From assembly GCA_934489945.1 (NCBI GenBank), contig CAKSSY010000003.1, positions 21 through 64,020 on the forward strand: a stretch of DNA of 64,000 nt, in the 5' to 3' direction. Below, piece after piece: positions 53,835 through 63,743 of this stretch (position 1 is the first letter of the stretch; the number at the start of each line of letters is the position of its first letter). The notes under the pieces were generated by a model. That model saw only the letters and a list, made by a program, of their open reading frames with translations, was not told the DNA's origin and did no database searches. The position numbers were made by a program, and so were the translations under genes. This DNA comes from an uncultured Eubacteriales bacterium. GTDB lineage: Bacteria; Bacillota; Clostridia; Oscillospirales; CAG-272.

Positions 53835-56800
53835 TGGCAGAGAAAGGGTTCTTTGACATTTTCAATTTATATGAGCCATCCGGCACCGAACGCTCTGTAC
53901 TTGCTTTGGCGACTGGAATTGCCGTGCGAGCCAATAAAGAACGTCGCTTTTTGGAGATTCGGTGCCGATTTCCGCACATCGTAGAAAAGGACGAGCTGTA
54001 CGGAATCGAAGTGGGAATGGCACAGACTTATCATATGAATGCCGTGCGGATTTTACCGAGCTATCCGCCCGATTGTTTTTATGAGGGCTATATTTCTCAG
54101 ATCCTGACCGAGACCGAGCGTACGGGGATTGTTGCTAAAGGATTCTTCTCGCGGTACGAATGTGAATGTGAGAATAGAAAGATTACCATTCGCATTCCTT
54201 TTGAGGCGGGGGGCATACGTCTTCTTTACGACGCCAATACGCCGACTGTTATTTCCAATATTTTGATGTCTGAATTCGGAGTCGCTTTTGAAGTGAAGAT
54301 CGAACAGGATGAAAACGGACTTTCGGAAATGGAGGAACGTCACAGCCGTGAATTGGAACGCCTCGGAGTTGCGGTGGCGGCGGCGGGAAATGCTTATGCC
54401 AACCGTCCGCGCGGGAATGAAAATCAGGGAGTTTCGGAATCTCCCGTCGTTACCGAGCCGTCTTTGCCGCGAGCTGTTTCTTTGATGAAAGAGGGAAGCC
54501 CACCGATTCTGGAGAACGGAATTTTTACTTCGGGATATTGTCGGTTTGATCTGAATGATCCTAAGTTTTCCATTGGAGAACCGTTTGACATTGTGCCGAT
54601 TCCGTTGGCAATGGTGAATCATCCGATGAAGGCGATTGTTGTCGGCGAGGTTTTCGGCTTTAAACAGGAACCAAACCGTACCGGCGACAAAATGAACACC
54701 GTTTACAATATTACCGATGGATATACCTCATTGGAAGTACACGCATCCTATATGGAACTGGATGAGGCGGCGGATCTTGCGTCGGTTGTTTCGGACGGTG
54801 TTTGTGTTGCCTTGAAGGGGTATTCCAAGCATGAAACGCGGCGCGGCAGAGTGGACGAGGATCTGGTCTTTTTTGCTTCCGAAATTGCCGTGGTTTCTAA
54901 GATCAAACGTAAAGATAACGCTCCGAAAAAGCGTGTGGAGTTGCATTTACATACGAATATGTCGGCGATGGATGCGTTGATCCCGCCCGATGTTGCCGTA
55001 AAAACGGCGAAGGCATGGGGACATCCTGCCGTCGCCATTACTGACCACGGTAATCTGCAAGGATTTCCCGATGCAATGCTCACCTCTGAAAAAATTGGCG
55101 GTATTAAGGTGATTTATGGGTTGGAGGCATATTTTGTCAACGATTCCGCAAGTGCGATCAACGGAAAAGCAATCTGCGGGTTCGATGATGAAATCGTGGT
55201 GTTTGATATTGAGACCACCGGACTTTCTGCTCTGAATTGCGGTATTACCGAGATCGGTGCCGTAAAGATTAAGTCAGGAAGCGTCATAGCACGGTTTAAT
55301 ACTTTTGTCAATCCCGGAATGCCGATTCCTCCCGAGATCACAAAGCTGACTTCCATCACAGACGAAATGGTTGCCGACGCACCTTCGGTTGCCGAGGCGT
55401 TGCGGGATTTTTTTGCTTTCACGGGGAAGAGTCTCCTTGTTGCACATAATGCCAATTTTGATATCGGTTTCATTCGTCATTATGCTGAGGTGTCCGGTCT
55501 TCCGTTTGTGAATCCGTATTTGGATACTGTTGCTCTTTCGCGGTTTTTGAATCCCGAACTGAAAAATCATAAACTGGATACATTGGCTGAGCATTACGGA
55601 CTCGGAGATTTCAACCATCATCGTGCTTGTGACGATGCCGAGATGCTTGCAGGAATCTTTTTCTGCATGATCGACCGTATGAAAGAGCAGGACATCAAAA
55701 ATTTCAGTGAAATGAACAGTGAAATGATTGCCAAGTCTGATCCGTTGAAACTTCCCACTTATCATCAGATTATTTTGGTGCGAAACAGGGCGGGACTTAA
55801 AAATCTGTATAAACTGGTTTCGTACAGTTATCTGAAATATTATAAGCGAAATCCCAGAATCCCGAAATCCGAACTGGAGAAACTGAGAGACGGATTGATT
55901 ATCGGTTCTGCCTGCGAGGCGGGAGAGTTGATGCGTGCCATCATCGAAAACAAGCCGGAATCCGAGATTGAAGAGATTGTGAATTTTTACGATTATCTCG
56001 AAATCCAGCCAACCTGTAATAACCGTTTTTTGATTGACGATGGGGTTGTTGCTGATGAAGAGGGACTCCGCAATCTGAACCGTCGTGTCGTGGAACTCGG
56101 CAAAAAATATAACAAACCGGTTGTTGCCACTTGTGATGCTCATTTTTTGGACAAGGAAGATGAGATATATCGAAAGATTCTGTTGGCGGGAATGAAATTC
56201 AAGGATCATGACAGGGATATTCATTTGTATTATCGGACAACAGAGGAGATGTTGGAGGATTTTTCCTATCTCGGCGAGGACAAGGCATACGAGGTTGTCG
56301 TTACCAACAGCAATCTGATTGCGGATATGATAGAAGATGATGTCCGCCCGATTCCCACCGGTACCTACACGCCCAAAATGGAAGGCGCAGAGGAGGATCT
56401 CCAAAGAATTTGCTGGGGGCACGCAAAAGAGCGTTATGGAGAGCCGTTGCCGGAGATTGTGGAGAAACGGTTGGCAAAGGAATTGGATTCCATTATCAGC
56501 CATGGATTTGCCGTTCTTTATATGATTGCTCAGAAACTCGTTTGGTATAGTGAAAGTGAAGGGTATCTTGTAGGCTCGCGCGGTTCTGTCGGTTCATCTT
56601 TTGTCGCTTCTATGGCGGGGATATCGGAAGTTAACCCGCTCCCCCCGCACTATTATTGCCCAAAATGCAAACACTCGGAATTTTTTACGGACGGCTCTGT
56701 CGGTTCCGGATTTGATTTGCCGGACAAGAACTGTCCTGTTTGCGGAACACCGTATATAGGAGACGGACACGACATTCCTTTTGAGACTTTCCTCGGATTC

Positions 56801-58243
56801 CATGGCGATAAATCTCCCGATATTGACCTCAATTTCTCCGGGGATGTGCAGGCAAAGGTTCATAAGTACACGGAGCAGCTTTTCGGAGAGGAAAACGTGT
56901 TCAAAGCCGGAACCATCGGAACGCTTGCCGATAAAACCGCATATGGATATGTTATGAAATATGTGGAGGAAAAAGGAATCAGTTTGTCGCGTGCCGAGAT
57001 AAACCGCATGGTTTCAAAGTGCGTGGGGATTAAGCGGACTACGGGGCAGCATCCGGGCGGGATTATCGTTATTCCGCGAGAATACGAGGTGTACGATTTC
57101 ACACCTGTTCAGCATCCTGCCGACGATCCGAATTCCAGTATTGTTACGACACATTTTGCATTTTCCTATCTTCATGATACGATTCTGAAACTGGATGAGT
57201 TGGGACACGATATTCCCACCAAATATAAATATCTGGAAAGATTCAGTAATACCAGTGTCATGGATGTGAAAATGAACGATAAGGAGAATTACGAGCTGTT
57301 TCTGTCTACAGAACCGCTCGGAATCAAGCCGGATGAGATTGGATGTGACTGCGGCACTGTCGGAATTCCGGAATTCGGAACGCGTTTTGCCATGAAGATG
57401 TTGCAGGAGGCAAAACCCAAATCCTTTGCCGACCTGTTGCAGATTTCGGGACTGTCACATGGTACCGATGTTTGGACCAATAACGCCGAAGATTTGATAA
57501 AAAACGGTATTTGTGACATTTCTCACGTAATCGGGTGCCGTGACAACATTATGAACGACCTCATTTTTTGGGGAGTGGAGAAGGAGCACGCGTTCAAAAT
57601 CATGGAGTCGGTGCGAAAGGGAAAAGGACTGAAGCCGGAATGGGAGGAAGAAATGACCGCCCATGGAGTACCGGACTGGTATATTGCTTCCTGTAAAAAA
57701 ATCAAGTACATGTTTCCGAAGGCGCATGCGGCGGCATATGTTATGTCTGCGATTCGTCTTGCATGGTACAAGATTTATAAGCCGGTTGCGTTCTATTGCT
57801 CGATTTTTACCGTTGCACCAAACGGTTTTGACGCTGAGGTGGCGAGTCGCGGAAAACAATTTGTTCTTGATCTTATTAAAGATATTGATAAGCGAAATAA
57901 CAGCCGCGAGGCATCGCCAAAGGAGGTCAGTTCCATTCCCACACTTCAGCTGATTGCGGAATGTTATGCGCGTCATATCAAATTTTTACCCATCAGCATT
58001 GAAAAATCACACGCATTTATGTTCCAACCAGAGGACGGTAATATACGGATGCCGTTTTCGGCTTTGGCGGGGCTTGGTGAAAACGCAGCGGCAAACATTA
58101 TTGCAGCGCGCGAAAAAGAACCGTTTTCCTCCGTTGAGGATTTGCAGATTCGCGGAAAAATTTCCAAAAGCGTGATTGACATTCTCAAAAAGAATTCGGT
58201 GTTGGATGATCTCAGTGAAACCAACCAGTTGTCATTCTTCTGA
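53834..58243 (+). CDS. polC: DNA polymerase III PolC-type (Gram-positive replicative polymerase with built-in 3'-5' exonuclease)
   Basis: 1469 aa. PHP part VELHLHTNMSAMD. Exonuclease part VVFDIETTGLS...HNANFDIGF...HRACDDAE. Pol III alpha core with YYCPKCKHSEF zinc motif. Confidence 0.97.
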   Translation: MAEKGFFDIFNLYEPSGTERSVLALATGIAVRANKERRFLEIRCRFPHIVEKDELYGIEVGMAQTYHMNAVRILPSYPPDCFYEGYISQILTETERTGIVAKGFFSRYECECENRKITIRIPFEAGGIRLLYDANTPTVISNILMSEFGVAFEVKIEQDENGLSEMEERHSRELERLGVAVAAAGNAYANRPRGNENQGVSESPVVTEPSLPRAVSLMKEGSPPILENGIFTSGYCRFDLNDPKFSIGEPFDIVPIPLAMVNHPMKAIVVGEVFGFKQEPNRTGDKMNTVYNITDGYTSLEVHASYMELDEAADLASVVSDGVCVALKGYSKHETRRGRVDEDLVFFASEIAVVSKIKRKDNAPKKRVELHLHTNMSAMDALIPPDVAVKTAKAWGHPAVAITDHGNLQGFPDAMLTSEKIGGIKVIYGLEAYFVNDSASAINGKAICGFDDEIVVFDIETTGLSALNCGITEIGAVKIKSGSVIARFNTFVNPGMPIPPEITKLTSITDEMVADAPSVAEALRDFFAFTGKSLLVAHNANFDIGFIRHYAEVSGLPFVNPYLDTVALSRFLNPELKNHKLDTLAEHYGLGDFNHHRACDDAEMLAGIFFCMIDRMKEQDIKNFSEMNSEMIAKSDPLKLPTYHQIILVRNRAGLKNLYKLVSYSYLKYYKRNPRIPKSELEKLRDGLIIGSACEAGELMRAIIENKPESEIEEIVNFYDYLEIQPTCNNRFLIDDGVVADEEGLRNLNRRVVELGKKYNKPVVATCDAHFLDKEDEIYRKILLAGMKFKDHDRDIHLYYRTTEEMLEDFSYLGEDKAYEVVVTNSNLIADMIEDDVRPIPTGTYTPKMEGAEEDLQRICWGHAKERYGEPLPEIVEKRLAKELDSIISHGFAVLYMIAQKLVWYSESEGYLVGSRGSVGSSFVASMAGISEVNPLPPHYYCPKCKHSEFFTDGSVGSGFDLPDKNCPVCGTPYIGDGHDIPFETFLGFHGDKSPDIDLNFSGDVQAKVHKYTEQLFGEENVFKAGTIGTLADKTAYGYVMKYVEEKGISLSRAEINRMVSKCVGIKRTTGQHPGGIIVIPREYEVYDFTPVQHPADDPNSSIVTTHFAFSYLHDTILKLDELGHDIPTKYKYLERFSNTSVMDVKMNDKENYELFLSTEPLGIKPDEIGCDCGTVGIPEFGTRFAMKMLQEAKPKSFADLLQISGLSHGTDVWTNNAEDLIKNGICDISHVIGCRDNIMNDLIFWGVEKEHAFKIMESVRKGKGLKPEWEEEMTAHGVPDWYIASCKKIKYMFPKAHAAAYVMSAIRLAWYKIYKPVAFYCSIFTVAPNGFDAEVASRGKQFVLDLIKDIDKRNNSREASPKEVSSIPTLQLIAECYARHIKFLPISIEKSHAFMFQPEDGNIRMPFSALAGLGENAAANIIAAREKEPFSSVEDLQIRGKISKSVIDILKKNSVLDDLSETNQLSFF

Positions 58244-58296
58244 TTTCGCGCTTTTTCGGGCGATACTGTCAAAATCCGTCTTTTCGCATAGTATGT

Positions 58297-58327
58297 TATG
58301 GAGAGAAGCATTTTGCCTCTCTCCATA
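58297..58327 (+). promoter_or_regulatory. Strong hairpin between polC and the Cys-rich gene, without a U-tract
   Basis: TATGGAGAGAAGC-atttt-GCCTCTCTCCATA. 12 bp with one mismatch. Ends 26 nt before ATG 58353. Confidence 0.4.
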
Positions 58328-58352
58328 CTACTGTATTATGGAGGAGAAATCT

Positions 58353-59189
58353 ATGCCTGAAAACAGATTTCCGTGTGGTATATCGAGTCCTGCGGGCAGA
58401 GATATGGTTTGCATTGAGACAAATCGGATTCTCGATTCCTGCCGTGACCGCGATTGTTTTGAAGATGTTCGTGTATTTCTGACCGATTTCGGTAATGAAA
58501 TCATTGAGCATACCTCGTCCGTTCGTGTAAAGGATTCTGAGATCGGATATGCCAACATTTCGATTGATCCGGTTCGTTTCAACCGCGGATTTTACACGGT
58601 GAATATCAAATTCTTTATTAAGTTGTGTCTGGAAGCCTGTGTCAGCGGACATTCGCAGGAATTTGACGGTGTTGCCGTAATTGAAAAGAAAGTGGTTCTG
58701 TTCGGAGGCGACAACAATGTTTGCTCGTTCAGAAGCAATTCGGATAACGGCGGCGATTATTGTGCGACACCCGAGCCGTGTAACGGAACGAGAAACACAC
58801 CGACTGCGGTTGTGGATGTGGTGGACCCGCTTATACTCGGGGTCAAGGTTCTGGAAACGCCGAGATCGTGCTGTTGCTGCTGTTCCGCTTGTGATGTTCC
58901 TCAGGGAATCACCTCGCGGCTCAACGGAATTCTGAACGACGGAGAGGGAAGTCGCAGATATCTTTCGGTTTCGATCGGCTTGTTCTCTGTAGTTCGGATT
59001 GTGCGTCCCGGACAGTATCTTGTGAACGCTACCGAATATTCGGTTCCGGATAAAGAATGTATATCGCCGGAAAGCGATGATCCGTGCGGTGTCTTTCAGT
59101 CCATGCCGTTCCCGACGATGGAATTCAGTTCGCAGGGAAAGCCCGGTCAAACTCATTCCAACACCTGCAATAAAGGTTGCGGAGGTTAA
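58353..59189 (+). CDS. Cysteine-rich hypothetical protein (278 aa, about 19 Cys, including a CCCCCSAC run)
   Basis: ATG 58353 lies 7 nt after GGAGGAG. Contains MVCIETNRILDSCRDRDCFED...ETPRSCCCCCSACD...NTCNKGCGG. No signal peptide or TM segment visible. The opposite-strand ORF is Arg-rich and looks like noise. Confidence 0.7.
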   Translation: MPENRFPCGISSPAGRDMVCIETNRILDSCRDRDCFEDVRVFLTDFGNEIIEHTSSVRVKDSEIGYANISIDPVRFNRGFYTVNIKFFIKLCLEACVSGHSQEFDGVAVIEKKVVLFGGDNNVCSFRSNSDNGGDYCATPEPCNGTRNTPTAVVDVVDPLILGVKVLETPRSCCCCCSACDVPQGITSRLNGILNDGEGSRRYLSVSIGLFSVVRIVRPGQYLVNATEYSVPDKECISPESDDPCGVFQSMPFPTMEFSSQGKPGQTHSNTCNKGCGG

Positions 59190-59249
59190 TTGAAAAAGGT
59201 CTTTCGGGATGATACGCAGCCGCAATCGTTCCGAAAGACTCTGACGGAT

Positions 59250-60119
59250 TTATTTTCCTTTTCGGTATTTCGTGGGCGTCTGCCCCGTAATTTTCCGAAA
59301 AACCCGATTGAAATGGGAAATATTATTGAATCCGCAGTCAAACGAAATATCCAATACCGATTTTTCGGTAGAGCGCAGGAGTTCCTGCGCTTTTTCAATA
59401 CGCTTGATGCTGATATATTCCCAAGGAGTCATACCATTGAGCCGTTTGAACATCTGGCAAAAATAGGTGCGACTCATTCCTGCTTCCGCGGCGATATTTT
59501 CAAGCGAGAGAGAAGCAGAAAAGTTTTTGTTAATATAGTCAAGTGCGATTCCGATTCCGGCAAAAGCCTCTGATCCGATTTGTTTTCCGGTCATTTCTTC
59601 GGTTTGAAAGGAACGGGTCAGCAGGATCAGAATTTCCAAGAGCAACAGCTTCATTCTGAGGGCATAGGCGGTTTTCTTTTGGAATGACTCCCATTGTATG
59701 GAAAGCATAACGGAGGTGATTTCCCGGGCAATTTTTTCTTCGCAGTCAAGACGATTCGGAATTCCGTTGTTCTTTTCCAAAAAGAAAGAGAGGGATTTTC
59801 CGCCTTCCAGTTTTTCCTCCACCGACCAAATGAAACGCGGTTCAAAGTGCAGGTTCAAAAGGTGCATTTCCTGTTCGGGAAAGACCTCGGTGATGCAATG
59901 TTCCTCATTGGTTCCGAAAAAAAACACATCTCCCGTGCGGATTGGAGTTTCTTTTCCGTGGATTCGATAGATGCCGCTGCCGGAAAGAATACAGGACAGT
60001 TCAAATGCAGTGTGGCGATGTTCGGTAAAATCCCGTCGTAAGAAACCGGGTACCGACTCAAAAAGACGGAAAAGAGGGGTTTTGTTGTATCCTGTGAGAA
60101 CCATGTCCGAGACGATCAT
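59250..60119 (-). CDS. AraC-family transcriptional regulator (N-terminal cupin, C-terminal dual HTH)
   Basis: C-terminus: AGMSRTYFCQMFKRLNGMTPWEYISIKRIEKAQELL...GFNNISHFNRVFRKITGQTP. Confidence 0.88.
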   Translation of the reverse strand: MIVSDMVLTGYNKTPLFRLFESVPGFLRRDFTEHRHTAFELSCILSGSGIYRIHGKETPIRTGDVFFFGTNEEHCITEVFPEQEMHLLNLHFEPRFIWSVEEKLEGGKSLSFFLEKNNGIPNRLDCEEKIAREITSVMLSIQWESFQKKTAYALRMKLLLLEILILLTRSFQTEEMTGKQIGSEAFAGIGIALDYINKNFSASLSLENIAAEAGMSRTYFCQMFKRLNGMTPWEYISIKRIEKAQELLRSTEKSVLDISFDCGFNNISHFNRVFRKITGQTPTKYRKGK

Positions 60120-60155
60120 ACCAGCCTCCGAATCAATAATATAGTGTCATAAAAT

Positions 60156-60167
60156 CACAATATTGTG
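60156..60167. promoter_or_regulatory. Perfect 12-bp palindrome abutting the -35 box of the sugar-acid operon promoter
   Basis: CACAATATTGTG lies 1 nt upstream of TTGAAA (60169-60174). Confidence 0.35.
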
Positions 60168-60168
60168 C

Positions 60169-60197
60169 TTGAAAACAAAGTGATTTTTGATTATACT
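60169..60197 (+). promoter_or_regulatory. Promoter of the enolase-family / SDR / GH13 operon
   Basis: TTGAAA, 17 nt, TATACT. Divergent from the AraC gene. Confidence 0.45.
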
Positions 60198-60251
60198 GAA
60201 ATCAGAACAAAATATCTGCTTATATTATGCAGCAAAGAAAGGATTTTGTCA

Positions 60252-61637
60252 ATGGAAAATCTGAAAAAAGGCAAAACCGTCAACGAAGTGCTTTCCGGGA
60301 ACGTCAACACCTTTTCCTCTCCCGCTACGTTGAAGATTACGGACCTCCGCGTTTGTAATATCAACGGGGCACCGAAGCATTGCCCGCTTCTTAAGATTTA
60401 TACCAATCAAGGTATTGTCGGATATGGTGAGGTGCGCGATGCGTCGAGTGCCACTTACGCGCTGATGCTGAAGAGTCGTATTCTTGGGGAAAACCCTCTG
60501 AATGTTGACAAACTCTTCCATCGCATTAAGCAGTTTGGCGGACATTCCCGTCAGGGAGGAGGCGTTTCCGGTATCGAGATCGCGCTTTGGGATATTGTCG
60601 GTAAAGCATACGGTGTTCCGTTGTATCAACTTCTCGGAGGCAAATATCGCGACAAAGTGCGGATGTACTGTGATACCGACGTTGAGGGAAAACATACCGG
60701 ACACGATATGGGACTTGCTTTGAAAAAGCGTTTGGAAAGCGGCTTTACTTTCCTGAAAATGGATCTCGGCATCGAGTTGATGCTTGACGAACCGGGATGT
60801 CTGAATGCCCCTGTCGGATTTCTTGAGGACATCAAGAAATATTCCATGAAGGCAATCAATCATCAGCACGGTTCGGTCGATATGGATATGATGCTGGGAA
60901 AGAATTATGAGGTTTTTACAATTCCGCATTATGCTACGGGAATTCATCTGACCGATAAGGGGATTGAATATCTGACAAACTATGTGAAGGAAGTTCGTGA
61001 CGTGATCGGTTATGATGCCCCTCTTGCTATCGATCATCTTGGACATATCGGTGTCGGAGATGTGATTCGTCTTGCCAAGAGCTTGGAACCGTATAATATT
61101 TCTTGGTTGGAAGATGTTGCGCCGTGGCAATATACCGATCAGTTTGTCAGAATTGCCAACAATACGACGATTCCGATTTGTACCGGCGAGGATATATTCC
61201 TGCATGATAATTTTGAGCCGCTTATGAGCCGTGGCGGTGTTTCGGTGATTCATCCCGATATTCTCACGGTCGGCGGTGCCATGGAAATGAAGAAACTGGG
61301 CGATATGTGTGATAAATACGGCGTTGCTATGGCAATTCACATGGCAGAAAGTCCGATTGCGGCTATGGCGGCAATTCAGACCGCGGCAGCACTTCGCAAT
61401 GTTCTTGCCGTTGAGTATCACTCGGTTGATTGCGCGTGGTGGAACGATATAGCGGTCGGTATTGATAATCCGATTTTCAAGGACGGCTTTGCTACGGTTT
61501 CAGATAAGCCCGGTCTGGGAATTGAATCGCTTAACGAGGAACTTCTTTCCGAGCATATGCACGAGAAATATCCGGAAATGTGGGCAAACACCGACGAATG
61601 GAATAAAGAATGGGCAAACGACCGCACATGGTCGTGA
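60252..61637 (+). CDS. Enolase-superfamily (mandelate racemase / muconate lactonizing enzyme family) sugar-acid dehydratase-like protein
   Basis: ATG 60252 follows AAAGGA. Contains GYGEVRDASS and GIEIALWDIVGKAYGVPLYQLLGG. Metal-ligand regions KMDLG, WLED, GEDI. Confidence 0.8.
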   Translation: MENLKKGKTVNEVLSGNVNTFSSPATLKITDLRVCNINGAPKHCPLLKIYTNQGIVGYGEVRDASSATYALMLKSRILGENPLNVDKLFHRIKQFGGHSRQGGGVSGIEIALWDIVGKAYGVPLYQLLGGKYRDKVRMYCDTDVEGKHTGHDMGLALKKRLESGFTFLKMDLGIELMLDEPGCLNAPVGFLEDIKKYSMKAINHQHGSVDMDMMLGKNYEVFTIPHYATGIHLTDKGIEYLTNYVKEVRDVIGYDAPLAIDHLGHIGVGDVIRLAKSLEPYNISWLEDVAPWQYTDQFVRIANNTTIPICTGEDIFLHDNFEPLMSRGGVSVIHPDILTVGGAMEMKKLGDMCDKYGVAMAIHMAESPIAAMAAIQTAAALRNVLAVEYHSVDCAWWNDIAVGIDNPIFKDGFATVSDKPGLGIESLNEELLSEHMHEKYPEMWANTDEWNKEWANDRTWS

Positions 61638-61648
61638 TAGGAGAGAAA

Positions 61649-62377
61649 ATGTTTGATCTTCACGGAAAACGTGCTCTTGTTACCGGATCAACGCAGGGAA
61701 TCGGGCTTGCTATTGCCAGGTTGTTTCGCGAATCGGGAGCAGAAGTCATTGTTCACGGTGCTACAAGCATCGAAAAATGCGAGACGGCAGCGAAAATTGT
61801 CGGATGTACAAAATACGTAGTGAAATCGCTTACCGATCGCGATGCTGCAGAGGTTATTTACGCACAAACGGGGGATGTGGATATTTTGGTTCTCAACGCC
61901 AGTATCCAATACCGTACTCCATGGCAGGAAATTGACCGGGATGCACTTGATACACAGGTTTCTATCAATTTTGCGGCAACGCTTGCTATGATTCAGAAGT
62001 ATTATCCCCATATGAAAGAGCAAAGATACGGCAGAATCCTGACCGTCGGAAGTGTACAGCAGTATCGCGCTCATCCTGATATGGCAGTATATGCCGCTAC
62101 CAAGGAAGCACAGATGAGTCTTGTGCGAAACATCGGAAAACAGATTGCGCCATTTGGTGTAACGCTCAATAACCTTTGTCCCGGTGCGATTGCTACCCCG
62201 CGGAATGCGGCGGCAGTTGCGGACAAAGAATATCTTGCCAAGGTTAACGCAGGAATACCGGCGGGATATATGGGACTTGCAGAGGATTTGGCACCTGCCG
62301 CGCTCTATCTCTGTTCGGATGAAGCCAGATATGTTACAGGAAGTGAGATTATAGTAGACGGCGGTATGCATCTTTGA
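61649..62377 (+). CDS. SDR-family oxidoreductase
   Basis: ATG 61649 follows AGGAGAG. VTGSTQGIGLAIA (TGxxxGIG), NAS and YAATKEA (YxxxK). Confidence 0.88.
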   Translation: MFDLHGKRALVTGSTQGIGLAIARLFRESGAEVIVHGATSIEKCETAAKIVGCTKYVVKSLTDRDAAEVIYAQTGDVDILVLNASIQYRTPWQEIDRDALDTQVSINFAATLAMIQKYYPHMKEQRYGRILTVGSVQQYRAHPDMAVYAATKEAQMSLVRNIGKQIAPFGVTLNNLCPGAIATPRNAAAVADKEYLAKVNAGIPAGYMGLAEDLAPAALYLCSDEARYVTGSEIIVDGGMHL

Positions 62378-62392
62378 TTGAAGGGAGAATTT

Positions 62393-63733
62393 ATGAAAAT
62401 GATTTCCAGAAAAGTGCCGGTTTGGTTTGAAAAATCAATCATATATCAGATCAATCTTCGTTGCTTTACACAGGAGGGAACCCTCCGTTCGGCGGAACGT
62501 CTTTTGCCGCATATCAAATCCATGGGAGTTGACATCGTTTATCTTTGTCCATTTGTCATGTCTGACGATGATCCGGATCAGAATGGATGGAGTCGTCGTC
62601 AGATCAAGAGCGGTTCGCTTAATCCTAAAAATCCCTACCGTATCAGCGATTACTTTACTGTCGATCCCGAATACGGTACTGACGACGATGTGGAGAGTTT
62701 CGTCAAGACCGCACATGAAATCGGATTGCGTGTGATGTTTGATCTAGTGTATATGCACTGTGGTCCGAACGCCGTATTTCTTAAGGAGCATCCCGATTTT
62801 GTAAAGCATAATGAAGACGGAAGTATCAAGTTGACTGAATACCATTTCCCGATTATCAATTTTGACTCGGCGGAGCTTAGGAAATATCTCTATGACAATA
62901 TGCTGTATTTTGTTCGTCGTTTCGATGTGGACGGCTACCGTTGCGATGTCGGCGATGCTTGTCCGTTGGATTTTTGGATTGAGGGAAGTCGCCGCGTCCG
63001 CGAGTTGAAACCGGATTTTGTTATGCTCAATGAGGGAAGAAATGCCGAGGCACTTGCAACCTGCTTTGATGCAAACTACGGTTTCGAGTGGGGACTCACG
63101 CTTTCCAAGATTTTTCAAGACAAGATGAAGCCTGCCGAACTGAGAATACATTGGGAACAGGATGCCGAAAATAACCCTAAGGGAGCCAGAATGATCCGTT
63201 GGTACGAGAATCACGATGTGGCAAATGATTCGTATGACCATCGTATTGATGTGCCGGAGAATGGAGTCAAGGGAGAGGCGGCACTTGTGCTTTGTTATAT
63301 GATTGATGGCATTCCGTTCCTGTATAATGGGAACGAAATTGCGGATTGCGGAAGAAATGATTTCTTTGCTAATCGCTTTTCAAAAGGTTTCCATGGTCTG
63401 GATTGGGCGACGGTTTTGACCGAGCGCGGAAAGCATCGAATGGAGCTTGTCAAGAAACTGTCCCGCATGAGACACGCCAATCGGATCCTTACAGCGGGAA
63501 AAACCGAGTGGTTGACAAACGATAAGGAAGATGCTGTGATTTCCTTTGCCCGTGTATGCGGAAAGAAAAAGGTTGTTGTTCTTGTCAACATGAAGAACGA
63601 ACCTGTGAACGTCACCTGTCACTTAGAGGAAAATGTCCTGACGGAAATGTTGTCAAGCGGGGCATCGTTTGAAGGCGGAAAAGAACTTCGTGCCACTTTG
63701 AAACCATTCGGATATTTGGTTTTGAAAAACTGA
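62393..63733 (+). CDS. GH13-family (alpha-amylase superfamily) glycoside hydrolase, cytoplasmic
   Basis: ATG 62393 follows GAAGGGAGA. Starts WFEKSIIYQINLRCF. Contains DLVYMHCG, DGYRCDVGD, MLNEG and WYENHD. No signal peptide. Confidence 0.85.
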   Translation: MKMISRKVPVWFEKSIIYQINLRCFTQEGTLRSAERLLPHIKSMGVDIVYLCPFVMSDDDPDQNGWSRRQIKSGSLNPKNPYRISDYFTVDPEYGTDDDVESFVKTAHEIGLRVMFDLVYMHCGPNAVFLKEHPDFVKHNEDGSIKLTEYHFPIINFDSAELRKYLYDNMLYFVRRFDVDGYRCDVGDACPLDFWIEGSRRVRELKPDFVMLNEGRNAEALATCFDANYGFEWGLTLSKIFQDKMKPAELRIHWEQDAENNPKGARMIRWYENHDVANDSYDHRIDVPENGVKGEAALVLCYMIDGIPFLYNGNEIADCGRNDFFANRFSKGFHGLDWATVLTERGKHRMELVKKLSRMRHANRILTAGKTEWLTNDKEDAVISFARVCGKKKVVVLVNMKNEPVNVTCHLEENVLTEMLSSGASFEGGKELRATLKPFGYLVLKN

Positions 63734-63743
63734 CAGTATAAAA

